Assembly (NCBI GenBank): GCA_032718475.1
Contig: JAUCBJ010004036.1
Coordinates: forward strand, 1-35,321
From: Nemertoderma westbladi
Taxonomy: Eukaryota; Animalia; Xenacoelomorpha
Length of the DNA: 35,321 nucleotides
Direction of reading: 5' to 3'
The notes under the pieces were generated by a model. That model did not search any database. It had not been told where the DNA came from and saw only the letters and a list, made by a program, of their open reading frames with translations. Positions 1 through 12,607 of the stretch are shown here, one piece after another. A program made the position numbers and the translations under genes. Position 1 is the stretch's first letter; every line of letters starts with the position of its first letter.

Positions 1-1814
1 AAATACATACATATGTACGTACATACATACGTACATACCAATAATCTGGATGGTATGAATGACATTGAACCGAATGATGCATTGTAAGTTTCATTTAAGG
101 GAGAAATATCCAGGAATAAGATACAATTTTGCACTTTTCTATCGAAATGTAAACGTGCAAAACGCCTGTTGCAAACGGATACCGAAGATGGTTTCGAGTT
201 GTACTGCTGTTGAAGAAGCATGAAACTCATTATAAACTCGTTAAGCCCTTTGCATGATCAGGTCAGAAAGTGTACTAGATTTTAGCAAGACTTATTCTGT
301 TATTATTAGATGTTATATACTTATATACATAATTTATTTAAGATGAAAAAATATAGTATTAATTATTACGTTTTTTCAAATGGGCATGTGTTCTTGTTTC
401 ATGCATTAAAAAAATTACTTGTTATGTAGTGTTATTGTATTTTTTTACAAAAAAAACACGTGGAAACAGTCGAAATGGCGTGTTTAAAAGCGCGGGAAGC
501 CAATTTTGAAAATCGGATGTGATTGGCTGCTACAGATTTGACGTCATTACAAAGTGATCTGATAATTTCTTATCTTGGTTTCTATGGATGGTGATTTTCG
601 AACCATTCAAATACACATTGAATCCTAATTATTTGTCAAATGAAAGCGGAAAGTCTTGCGAGTCCTTTGACACTACAATTAATTAAATTCATGATGATGA
701 ATATTGATAAAATGTTGTTTCCAGTAGTATTTTCACAAGCAATACTGCATTCCAATCTGTATTGATTACGGTAAGGCCTACAGATTAGATTTAAAATAAC
801 ACTAAATGTGTAATACCGGTCAGCCGGTAATATAATAATACAGTAATAATTGGTAGTAGGCTACTTGAATATTAAGAATGTGTACCTGTGACTGGTAAAC
901 CCTACCTACTTAATTAAGTAAAGCTGCAATACTCAGATACGGCAATAGGCTGAGTGCTTGCATACCGGTCAGGCAATCTGCAGAGTTTGCAATTGTGAAC
1001 AGCACCATAGGCCTATTCCCAAAACATAGTACAGGCTTATTGATAGGCACATCCATTCATTTAAATTGGGGGCATTTCATATTCAATTGGATTATTTTTA
1101 TATGTCAGGAGTAGGTAGATATTATTCTCAAATTACTCAGATATTATGCAGGCACATGTTCTGCATTGGATGGCTTTTTTATGGAGAAATTAATGATGCA
1201 TGTAACTGGAAATTGACTCTTTCTATAAAAAAGACTAAAAGCAAACAATATGGTAAATATAGAATTCATATTTAAGAAATAACAAAATACAAAATATTTA
1301 AATATTAAGAAGTAATAAACAATTTAAGGGGGTGGGGGGGGGGGGGGGGTGTACACCCCCATATGGACCTTGGTTAATTTAGACCACGGGTGGGTCTGTG
1401 TGTTAATATTGATATATCTAATGGGCAGTGATTTTTTATGTCCTTTTATTTGACTTTTTTTGTCCTCCTTTTTTTACGAATTGTGCATAATGACTTTTGT
1501 TGTCCCTTTAATGACTTCTGTTGTCCTTTTAATGACTTTTTATGTAGGTATTTCTTCAAACTGTCAGACTGCTGATTTCTGGACTGTCAGACAGTTGATT
1601 TCAACATGCCTATACCAAAACATTCAAAATTTTTTGATTTCTGGTCTGTCGGACAGTTGGTTTCACTATGCCTGTGCCAAAACATTCAAAATTCCATGAT
1701 TTATAGACTATGAGCTAGATTTTCATATGTGCCTGTGGTAAAAGACTCTAAATTTAATAGTTTGTGGTTGTTGTCGATAATCGATTACCACATGACGTAG
1801 CAAAACACTCATTT

Positions 1815-2380
1815 TATAGCCAAAAACAATTACCAATTGATGGAAAGGACCGGATTTTCTAACCAAAACAATAAACAGTTACTTTACCAAATGAAGGAAA
1901 GGAGCAGGTTACAGAGGCTAGCCTTTCTAACCAAAACAATAAACGGTCACTTTAACAAATCAGGGAAAGGAGCAGGTTACAGAGGCGGGATTTTATAACC
2001 AAAACAATAAACAATCACTTTACCAAATGAAGGAAAGGAGCAGGTTACATAGATGGTCTTTTCTAACCAAAACAATAAACGATAACATTACCAATTGAGA
2101 GAAAGGAGCAGGTTACAGAGGCGGGATTTCCTAACCAAAACAATAAACGATCACTTAACTAATTGAGGGAAAGGAGCAGTTTACAGAGGCGGGATTTTCT
2201 AACCAAAACAATAAACAATCACTTAACTAATTGAGGGAAAGGAGCAGGTTACAGTGGCGGGATTTTCTCACCAAAAACAATAAACGATCATTTAACTAAT
2301 TGAGGGAAAGGGTCGGGTTACAGAGGCGGGATTTTCTAACCAAAACAATAAACAGTCACTTTACAAAATAAAGGAAAACA
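1815..2380. repeat. Tandem array of ~68-bp unit, ~8 copies
   Basis: AACCAAAACAATAAAC or a close variant recurs at 1861, 1929, 1997, 2065, 2133, 2201, 2269 and 2338, with GGAAAGGAGCAGGTTACAGAGGCGGGATTTT between copies. Confidence 0.95.
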
Positions 2381-2685
2381 ATCGTATAACATTCGTAAAA
2401 CATTCGTAACACATTCGTATAGTGTGGGAAACATTCGTATTTAACATGTGGGACGCATTTGTATAGTGTGCGGGAAACATTCGAATAAGATTAGGGACGC
2501 ATTCGTAGAATGTGCGGGATTCGAATAAGGTTAGTATAACATTCGATATGCGAATAAAGGATGCGTATTTGGTTCGGTTTTCGCATTCGTATCGCATGGT
2601 TCATCTAAGTAATATTTCAGAATGCGTTATGAATGCGTTAAATATGCGCCATCACATGCGTTACGGATGCGGATTTTTTACTGGG
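2381..2685. mobile_element. One end of a non-autonomous DNA transposon (EnSpm/CACTA-like) with dense subterminal motifs
   Basis: Many CATTCG/CGAAT/GCGT motifs in both orientations ending in TTTTTTACTGGG (reverse complement CCCAGTAAAAAA, resembling animal EnSpm termini). Abuts and truncates the Gypsy integrase. Other end not identified. Confidence 0.5.
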
Positions 2686-3860
2686 GTTCTATTGTCTGGA
2701 CGTATAACAGTCAGGATGGGTGTGGCCAAGAACAGGTGGCGGAGGCAGTTTATAATGATGGCCGATGCGGAGTTCAGGCCGAGTTTGTAGAGGGTAGGCC
2801 ATCCAGTGAACTCATCCATAGCCACGAGGTATTTGGTGCCATCCTGGCTGAATATATCAGTGTGCACCCGTTGTAAGGGGCGGGTGGCGTCTGGGTTTCT
2901 CTGGAGTGGTTCGGGTGGGCTGCCTGGCAGGGCTGGCAGTGCTCCACCGTGTGCTTGACGTTGTTGGCGGAGGTTAGCTACCAGACGTAACGACGCGCCC
3001 TTTCCTGGGTTTTGGTGAGACACTGGTAGGCGGCGTGTAGTTGTCGCAGTGTTTCTGGGCGGAGTTCTAGAAGGATGTAGAGCAGGGGTCCCCGTAGGAT
3101 GATGTCATTGTGTACCATCAGTTCCCCGGTGTTGGAAGTACGGGTGCAGCTGGTTGTCAGTGATGTTGTGCTTAGACGTTGGCCAGATGTCCCGGATGGT
3201 GGAGGAGTGCATTGTGTACCGGGTCGTGCTGTCCCGCCTCCCAGATTTGGTCGAACCGGGCGTCTTGCGATTCCACCAATGGGGTGACAGTAGTTGCCGC
3301 AATGGCAGCGGAGACAATGAGTTCTCTGTTGGTGTTGTCCTCCTGTGTGAGAAGGATATCGTCGGCAGTTGGAGCGTTGCGTGGGGCACGTGAGAATGCG
3401 TCGGCTACCACGTGCTTGCTGCCGCATTGGTTTCGTGCTATAAAGTTAAAGCGTGACAGCAGCATTTTTAATTTCAACAGCCAGTCATTGGTGACCTGGT
3501 CCATCCGGCAGTCGTTCAGGATCGGTATGAGTGGGCTGCTATCGGGGACGAGCACAAAGTGCCGGAGTCCATTGAGGAAATAGCTGCACTTATGCGCCGC
3601 CCATGCAGCACCAAGGGCCTCGAGTTCCGCCATCCCCGACCAGTTGGCCTCGTGTTTGGCCAGGGAACGTGAGCCACATTGGATAGTGCACCACTGGTTA
3701 TTGTCAGACTCCCACTGGCGGAGTAGAAAGCCCAAGCCGTTTATGCGGGAGGCATCTATCAGCAGTTTGGTGCGGTGGTCTGGATGGAAGCCGGACAGAT
3801 AGTGCAGACTTGATAGATTCGCACAGGTTGCCTCAAATGCCTCCTGGTGTTGGGGGAGCC
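2686..3860 (-). pseudogene. pol: Ty3/Gypsy LTR-retrotransposon pol fragment (RNase H + integrase), frameshifted
   Basis: ORF 3172-3882 gives RNase H-region motifs LLIDAS..GLGFLLRQ, GSRSL..HEANW...ELEALG, HVVADAFSRAP. ORF 2978-3427 gives LRQLHAAYQCLTKTQERARRYVW (integrase Zn-binding region). ORF 2661-3023 gives RPLQRVHTDIF...YLVAMDEFTGWP...VIRPDN (integrase core). RNase H before integrase is the Gypsy order. Confidence 0.9.
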
Positions 3861-4390
3861 AAATGTGTAAATCCCAAAACAAGATTTAGTTTAAAGACTG
3901 GCCTCTGCTGGTCTCACCACTTCCACACCGACCAGGGTCATTAAAAAATCTGCCTATCAGTTGAAACGAAGATATACTGAACATTAATGAAAGAAACAGT
4001 GCCAAATATGAACGTTTAATTTATTTCGTGGACGTCATGTGCTACTTGGGATAACTGCATTCAGACCTGACAACTGGCAGGCCCCACTTAAACTACTGAA
4101 CTGTTGTATGTAATACAGTGACATTGTTATGCCTAGACTCAGGCAAGTACAAGCTGGCCCAACAACTAACAGTACTGCAGTAAGCCTATATCTGCATATA
4201 TGCAATACTTTGCAGGAACATGGCAAGTACCTGCAAAATATAAGAGATCAAAGTAACACTTGCAATATTTATTAAAACTAAAGAAATAACTTACATGCTC
4301 TATTAAGTTTACCAAATTTTTGTTACTAAACATATTTTGACAATGTGTAATAAACTGATAGTAAGGAACTTGCAAATCTTAGGAAATGTA

Positions 4391-6160
4391 CTATGAATTT
4401 TCAACAGGGAAGTTTCGATTAATTCTCAGTGACTTACAAATCCTGGAAAGCCTATTCATGGTTGCCTTATGTGTTCGAAGGTCCTCACCCGATTTCTGGA
4501 TCCATGATCCCAGGTAACAGAAGTCATCCACATGCTCAAGCATACCATCCTTTGAGCTTATGCTCATCCGATCAGAGACTTGCTGAGGACTTTCAAAGTT
4601 AACTGTCAAAATTTTGGTCTTTCTGGAGTTAATAAAAACACCAACACTAGAAGCAGCCTGTTCTAATGAGCTGAGGAGCCGTTGGGCTCCCTCTAGTGAT
4701 TCTGAGAGTACTCCTAAGTCATCAGCAAACTCTAGATCACTTAGGTACTTGGCAGGATTTCCTCGACTTCTGGAGCCAGTAGGTAGAGTTATCATCACCC
4801 CATCATCATTATGATGATCTAAGGACATGCATAGAACATAGTCAACCACAATTATGAACAAGAATGGTGCAAGTGTGTCTCCCTGGAGGATGCCCCATAA
4901 CACTTCAAAAGGTTGTGTGTCACCGTAAACAGTAGACCCAAATGTTGTCGAACCATATTATACTGATCTGATTGCTGTAATAATTTCATCAGGAATCCAA
5001 TATAATGAAATACGTGAGCGAGAGACTGAACCAAAGGCCTTGAAGAAGTCAACAAAGATATCAGCCAGATGCCTGTCTTTCCTTTTTGATAACTCTTCAA
5101 TTATCCTTCTAAATGCCAAAATGGGCTCCATGGTCCCACCTTGGTGGTTAACCTTGGTGGTTGGTTGGCTTTTCCACCCAGTAAGCAAGTTGATCGATGT
5201 CCATGCCTGGGTTGATGGCCTGCTGTCGTCAGCATCATTGATGGCATCAACCTGTTGGTTTAATAGCTCCTGTAGATTAACAGAGTACTGCCTGTTCAGG
5301 TACCTAGATGCAGCCTTAACTGCACTCTTGGCCACTGTAGTCTGTTTGAGTCGAGACGATTTCTGCAGCTTATAGAGGTCATTTTGGCACTTCTGAATTC
5401 TGTTGTCAGTCCATGAGGCCCTTTTCCTGTTTCAAGGGTATACAGGAACTGTTTCTGCAGCTGCTAACTTAACTGCTTCTGTGAAGACAGTATAGCCCTC
5501 GAAGTGATTGGCCGCCTCAGAGGCAAGAACCTCATACCTGTTGCCCAGCTGTAGTGTGAAGCTGGATCTCACACTTAGCTATTGCAACAGAGAGGACCAG
5601 TCATGCCGTGGCAAGGCAGATTTCGTTGTTCTGCTAGCACGCAGACTAAGTCTTACCTTGGCCACAATAAGGCGATGATCACTGGAGAAGGGTTGAAGTG
5701 TAAATGCATTACAGTCTTGTATAGAGCTCCTGTATTTCCTATGAAACAGAATATGGTCTATCTGGGACTTGTGACCACTGGGTCCACTATGAGTCCATAG
5801 CTTTCCAGTTTGCTTCTTGAACTGGGTTCCAGCCGAAAACAATCCATTTCCAGAGATGAAATCCTGAAGATGGATGGAACTTTGGTTAACACTATTGCTA
5901 TAGACCAAGGGCGATGTAGGTGATTGATGCAGACTTGCATTAAAGTCTCCCAGGAATGTTAAGAATGCATGCTGATCCACTCCATCAGTATCTGCTTATA
6001 GATTGTGGTAGAAATTTTCCACCTCCTCTACAAGGGCAACACTAGTTGGAGAGTAGCACACAATCAGAACCACCTTAGGAAACTTCTTAGCCAGTCTTCC
6101 AGAACATAAGAAGTGGCAACGGATGATGCGGTTAGAGATTTGGTCTATTTTGTCCAATGC
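4391..6160 (-). pseudogene. RTE-clade non-LTR retrotransposon, decayed APE endonuclease + reverse transcriptase
   Basis: 5579-5980: LGDFNA...WTHSGPSGHKSQIDHIL...SSDHRLIVAKVRLSLR (APE). 4958-5335: IFVDFFKAFGSV. 4391-4903: GILQGDTLAPFLFIIVVDYVL...LEFADDL...INSRKTK...DDFCYLGSWI (RTE-type RT). Multiple frameshifts and deletions. Confidence 0.9.
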
Positions 6161-6165
6161 TAATC

Positions 6166-9100
6166 ACTGGACGAAAGGCTACACCTGATGAATATACAGT
6201 AGTAACCAAAAGGAAGCTCACTGCAATAAAGAGTCTGTGACAGAGGAATGACTATAAGGAGATGGTGCAGTCCATCAAAGGTGAGCTTAATAACATACCA
6301 AGTGATGAACCAGAGGAGAGCAATGTGGAAAAACGGAAATGGAGAGCCTTATTCCTGATGTGGCTATATTTCCCAACTACAATCAATGAGACATCTAGCG
6401 AGGAAGAGACTCCCACACCAAGGAAATTGGAATCATACCCAAGAACCAAACTTAAAAGGACAACACCAGTATGCTAAGTACCCAACAGTGACTTGTGTAT
6501 TTCCCAACCAATCAGCAATAATAGCGGTAGCAGCCCCTGGGTATCTCCTGAAGACTCCACAGCTGACTGCACAGTCACAGATGGGCAATGGGAATAGATG
6601 GACCCCCTACATGGCTTGGTGTGGACGAACTGACCAAAGATGAAACCAGTTTACCTAGGAGTAGCAGCTCCCCTAAATAAGGACTGGGATAAATTCTACA
6701 GACTGAGCATACCAGTTGCACTCAACAACAGCGATCACATTCAAATACCTGATGATATCCTGAGTTCTAGCTAGGTAAACCCTTGGGAGACATATGATGT
6801 TAAGGGGGAGGCCACCCTCATAGCCACTCAGCTATCAGTCACCAGTTACAAGCCGTTCATAATGGGCTGGAAAAGGAACCCTCACATGTCCCTAAGCAGC
6901 TCTTCAGGCATGATACGAGTGGGGAATTACATGGTAATGAGGTTATCGAAAAGGGAGAAGAGGACTGGTTGCAATGGCACAAATCTTTCTTTCTATATAA
7001 GCACACCTATGGGAAACCATCCCATAGAATTACATGAAGCTCAGTGAGGAAACAAAGGAAATGACTGAGAATTCTTTTGATGCATTTATTACCCCTTACG
7101 AGCCGAAAATGAGAAGGATGGCAAAGATCTCAGCAAGCCCCCCAGCTGATAGCGCACCTAATTGAGTCAAGGGCCAGTATTACTATAGAAGAGTACAGGC
7201 ATTTCTAAGATAATATAGGAGACACTGTACGGAAACAATACTTAAAGGGAATTGGAATAAAGAGAACAAGCAAATGCCTCTAGAAGAAGTCATGCCATAT
7301 TGGAAAACCAAGTTTGTGACTTACAATGCTCCTGACCATATAAACCTGTAACAGGAGAACCCAACTTGTTGTAAACTGATATCACCCATCAATTCGAAGG
7401 AAATACAGGCTGAGACAAGGAGAATGGCGGAATCTAGCCCATCCATGGCTAGGTGGCATCAATTTGGCAGACCTCCAAATGGAACCTGTGCATATTCTGG
7501 CAGGTCATTATAACACCTGGTTGTTGGATACCACCCAATGAGACTCAGACAGTGAGTCATAATACTCATCCCAAAAGTTGAGAAGCCAACCCTAGTGGAA
7601 CAACACCATCCGAATAACAATGAGCCTCTGTGGTAATACGCTTACTACATAGGCTTATAGCACGAAGTTTGGAAGCCAGCATTGTGATCAACAAGCATCA
7701 CAAGGGTTTCTTATCCAGGGAAGGTTGTCATGGTAATATCTGGCTATTGAGGAGCATGTTGAAGCAAGCTACGACAGCACCAACACAGCTATGCCTAGCA
7801 TTTATAGACGTATCAAAAGCGTTTGATAGCATGCCAGAAAGCTGCGTGCTGTAGCCCAGTTTGGAATCCCACACAGATTTATCCGATGTATGAGGTACCT
7901 GTATACAAACTCCACTACTTGGTATGGGTCATAACAGGGTGTTAAGCAAGTGGACCCACTTAGCAGCTGGTTCTTCTTGATGGTGATGGATTGGGGTCTA
8001 TCCCACTTGGAAGGTGGAATCAGATAACACATGTGGTTCACTGATGAAAGAGGGGCACTTGTAGTAAACCAAGTTGCCTTTGCAGACAACATATCAATCA
8101 TGGCCTCTATGCCAGAGGGGCTGCGTACGAACCTTGGAAAGATAGAAAAGCAGCACTGCAAAGACTGGACTAACTATAAGCTCTGGACCAACTGGCAAAT
8201 CAGCAAACCTGAGAATAGTATTACAATGTTATTGGTCAACCCAACACCAAGACCATTTTGCACTTTGCCCGAAAAATACGAGTTTGATACGCCTGGTGCT
8301 ACTCGTAAATATTCCATCGAAACCAAACCCCAAAAAACCCCTATTGCGCAAAAAACAGGTTCAAACAATCAATTTACAAAATTAACATATTTCAAAATTT
8401 GGTGCTGGCTCCAAAATTGGCACCCACCGAAAAAAACAAGTTTGAAAGATCTAGGTGGTGACTGAGTCAGCCATATTTAAGGCTAAATTCATTGGCCAAG
8501 GCCAAAAAGCGACTCAAGGGTGATAATGCGATCCACGAGAACAAGGGTCCAATGAGAGAGGTATGGCAGAGCAGGCTGTATGAGAGTGTGCACGGCTCTG
8601 ACCTCCGCGAGGCAACACCCCAACTTGGATACCGGCGAAGGAATGGTTTGGTATGGTACAACTGAGAGGTGGTCGCCTCTACAGCTAATCACGGAATGCA
8701 AGAGGGGACAGTAGAAAGAGTTTTTCAATTGCATGTGCCACATGTGGATAACCCGAAACTTTAGGGCATATCCTCCAAGTCTGCCATGGGCAGCGCTGGA
8801 AAGGAACCACCACCATGGGCGGGTGCAAAAGCTGTTGGTGGAGCAGCTTAAAGTACAGAGGACACAAAGTAATTAAGGCTCCACTTATCGCAACCCCTGA
8901 GGGAAACCACTCATCTGATATAATTGCTTACAGTACAGCGATGGTGAAATAAACATCCTGGATGTCCAGGTGTGCAGTGACGGCCGGGCCCGTCTTTGTC
9001 AGGGCAGCATACGACCGGAAGGTGAACTAATATAGGAAGGAAGAAATACAGGACTGGTGTAGATATGATTTGGAAACGATAAAGCTCCGGTCAGCGTCTC

Positions 9101-9238
9101 AGCTTGTGTCCTTACATACTGAGGAACCATGGGACTAGACACCATGGTCAGATAAGGTTGGCGGATGTGGGGGGCCTTCCAAGCTGGTACAGCGACTTTT
9201 GGAGGAAGAGTTCATACAGACTGAAACGTTAATGTGGT
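6166..9238 (+). pseudogene. R2-type non-LTR retrotransposon (RT + CCHC knuckle + restriction-like endonuclease), decayed
   Basis: Fragments in order: ILIPKVEKP (~7561), HKGFLSREGC..N..LL...LAFIDVSKAFDS (7698-7830), GVKQVDPLS (~7938), QVAFADN (~8070), WQSRLYESVHGSDLRE (~8564; R2 W..LH.SVDG motif), C.TCG*PETLGHILQVCH (~8734-8787), ILDVQV (~8956). Apparently interrupted by unrelated sequence ~8200-8450. Confidence 0.8.
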
Positions 9239-9246
9239 GATAGGGC

Positions 9247-10325
9247 GGATCCAGGACACTTCCCCCCCGGACAGTTCCCCCCCGGACACTTCCCCCCCTC
9301 CCAAGTAGGACACTTCCCCCCCGGACACTTCCTCCCCCCTGTTAAAGTGTTAAAATTAATCTGGGTGCATCAAAGCAATAAACAAAAGTTAAAGATGGTT
9401 ACAGGACAAGTTGTATCTAGACAAGTTTTTTTCAAAATTATAAAAGAAACATTTTTATTGTCATATTTTGTTTGTTTTTAATTTAACCGCCCACAAACCC
9501 CCGCTTCATTGGTTGAAGGCTGCCATCCCCAAACCCCGGCATTTCCCTGTGTGCCCGTGGTGAATGACTTTGAGACTGTTTTGAAATAATCAATTCATGT
9601 TTGTATCATCAGATAATAAATTGACTAAGCCTAAAGTAGGAGCTGTATTGAATGTTAACCAAATTAATATATAAATTACTACAATATTATATAATTCAAC
9701 AAAATCCTATTAAAAATATTGCAAGTAATCAGGAAATTTAATATGTAGTTTGTATAATATCTATAATAATAACACATATAACACATGTATACAATGTATA
9801 ACACATAATACAGGTCGACGCATGTCGATTTTACTCTGGAGAGGTATAATTTTGATTGCAACAATAATATTCATCCCCATCTGCTACAATTTGAAGAAGA
9901 CTATTACATAATAATACCTATAATTAAAACAATTAATTATTATAATTCTATAGTTAATAAAAACAGTATATCATTCGGGGGATGGAATTTATAGGTCATC
10001 TAATTAATTGTTTAAAGATTAGCAAACAATAAGATGTAATTGCATTGATAAAACCCATAAATAAAACTTGGATATAAAATGTATAATCGGGATGCAAAAG
10101 ATCACTTTCTGAGCTACGAAAGGAAAATTGGATACAACTTGTCTGGATACAAGCGGTCCGTTTACCTTACAAAAAGAAAAATACGAATGTGCGAAGTTAA
10201 GAACAGTCGGGGGGAAGTGTCCGGGGGGGGGAGTGTCTGGGGGGGGGGGGTGTTCGGGGGGGGGGGGGGGAAGTGTCCTACTTGAGCAGGGGGGAACTGT
10301 CCGGGGCGGGGAGTGTCCGAACACG
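9247..10325. mobile_element. Non-autonomous MULE/Mutator-like element with GGACACTTCCCCCC subterminal repeats
   Basis: Left end GGATCCAGGACACTTCCCCCCCGGACAG... mirrors right end ...GGGGAGTGTCCGAACACG. Flanking 8-bp direct repeat GATAGGGC at 9239-9246 and 10326-10333. AT-rich non-coding interior. Superfamily assignment is inferred from the terminal architecture. Confidence 0.8.
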
Positions 10326-10517
10326 GATAGGGCATGTATAAGCCCCGAACCCGTTACATGGAAGGGTAATATCGGGAGTCTATCTAGCTGGTGGTGAGTT
10401 TGGATATGTTTGATTATATATATATATTTGTGGGGTGAGCCACGAAGTGAGTGAGCCTTGGCATAGTGGTACCATTAATCAACCTGTCATTCTGTCGCTA
10501 TTTTTTTCCAGTGTTCA

Positions 10518-12607
10518 ACAATGATGAATGAATCATATTGATTTATTATACACAATGAGGAATGAATCATATTGAATTATTATACACAATGATGAATGAA
10601 TCATATTGATTTATTATACACAATGATGAATGAATCATATTGAATTATTATACACCATGATGAATGAATCATATTGATTTATTATACACAATGATGAATG
10701 AATCATATTGAATTATTATACACCATGATGAATGAATCATTGATTTATTATACACAATGATGAATGAATCATATTGAATTATTATACACAATGATGAATG
10801 AATCACATTGATTTATTATACACAATGATGAATGAATCATATTGATTTATTATACACAATGATGAATGAATCATATTGAATTATTATACACAATAATGAA
10901 TGAATCATATTGAATTATTATACACAATGATGAATGAATCATATTGATTTATTATACACAATGATGAATGAATCATATTGAATTATTATTCACAATGATG
11001 AATGAATCATATTGAATTATTATACACAATGATGGATGAATCATATTGATTTATTAGACACAATGATGAATGAATTATATTGATTTATTATACACAATGA
11101 TGAATGAATCATATTGAATTATTATGCACAATGATGAATGAATCATATTGAATTATTATACACAATGATGAATGAATCATATTGAATTATTATACACAAT
11201 GATGAATGAATCATATTGAATTATTATACACAATGATGAATGAATCATATTGATTTATTATACACAATGATGAATGAATCATATTGAATTATTATACACA
11301 ATGTTTAATGAATCATATTGAATTATTATACACAATGATGAATGAATCATATTGAATTATTATACACAATGATGAATGAATCATATTGATTTATTATACA
11401 CAATGATGAATGAATCTTATTGAATTATTATACACAATGTTTAATGAATCATATTGAATTATTATACACAATGATGAATGAATCATATTGAATTATTATA
11501 CACAATGATGAATGAATCATATTGAATTATTATACAGAATGATGAATGAATCATATTGATTTATTATACACAATGATGAATGAATCATATTGAATTATTA
11601 TACACAATGTTTAATGAATCATATTGAATGATTATACACAATGATGAATGAATCATATTGAATTATTATACACAATGATGAATGAATCATATTGAATTAT
11701 TATACACAATGATGAATGAATCATATTGATTTATTATACACAATGATGAATGAATCATATTGAATTATTATGCACAATGATGAATGAATCATATTGAATT
11801 ATTATACACAATGATGAATGAATCATATTGAATTATTATACACAATGATGAATGAATCATATTGAATTATTATACACAATGATGAATGAATCATATTGAT
11901 TTATTATACACAATGATGAATGAATCATATTGAATTATTATACACAATGTTTAATGAATCATATTGAATTATTATACACAATGATGAATGAATCATATTG
12001 AATTATTATACACAATGATGAATGAATCATATTGATTTATTATACACAATGATGAATGAATCTTATTGAATTATTATACACAATGTTTAATGAATCATAT
12101 TGAATTATTATACACAATGATGAATGAATCATATTGAATTATTATACACAATGATGAATGAATCATATTGAATTATTATACAGAATGATGAATGAATCAT
12201 ATTGATTTATTATACACAATGATGAATGAATCATATTGAATTATTATACACAATGTTTAATGAATCATATTGAATGATTATACACAATGATGAATGAATC
12301 ATATTGAATTATTATACACAATGATGAATGAATCATATTGAATTATTATACACAATGATGAATGAATCATATTGATTTATTATACACAATGATGAATGAA
12401 TCATATTGATTTATTATACACAATGATGAATGAATCATATTGAATTATTATACTCCATGATGAATGAATCATATTGAATTATTATACACAATGATGAATG
12501 AATCATATTGATTTATTATACACAATGATGAATGAATCATATTGATTTATTATACACAATGATGAATGAATCATATTGATTTATTATACACAATGATGAA
12601 TGAATCA
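10518..12607. repeat. Satellite/minisatellite, 34-bp unit ATGATGAATGAATCATATTGA(A/T)TTATTATACACA, ~61 copies
   Basis: Head-to-tail 34-bp periodicity without spacers and with few substitutions. Confidence 0.98.

Noticed and set aside
95-830. Possible non-autonomous DNA transposon starting at TTAAGGG
   Set aside because: No matching opposite terminus or TSD found.
2361-2876. Short overlapping ORFs
   Set aside because: Arise from repeat motifs or antisense to the Gypsy integrase.
10019-10397. Pro-rich/Gly-rich ORFs
   Set aside because: Translation artefacts of the G/C tracts at the MITE end.
10518-12607. CRISPR array (34-bp repeats)
   Set aside because: Repeats are contiguous with no unique spacers, there are no cas genes, and the context is eukaryotic.
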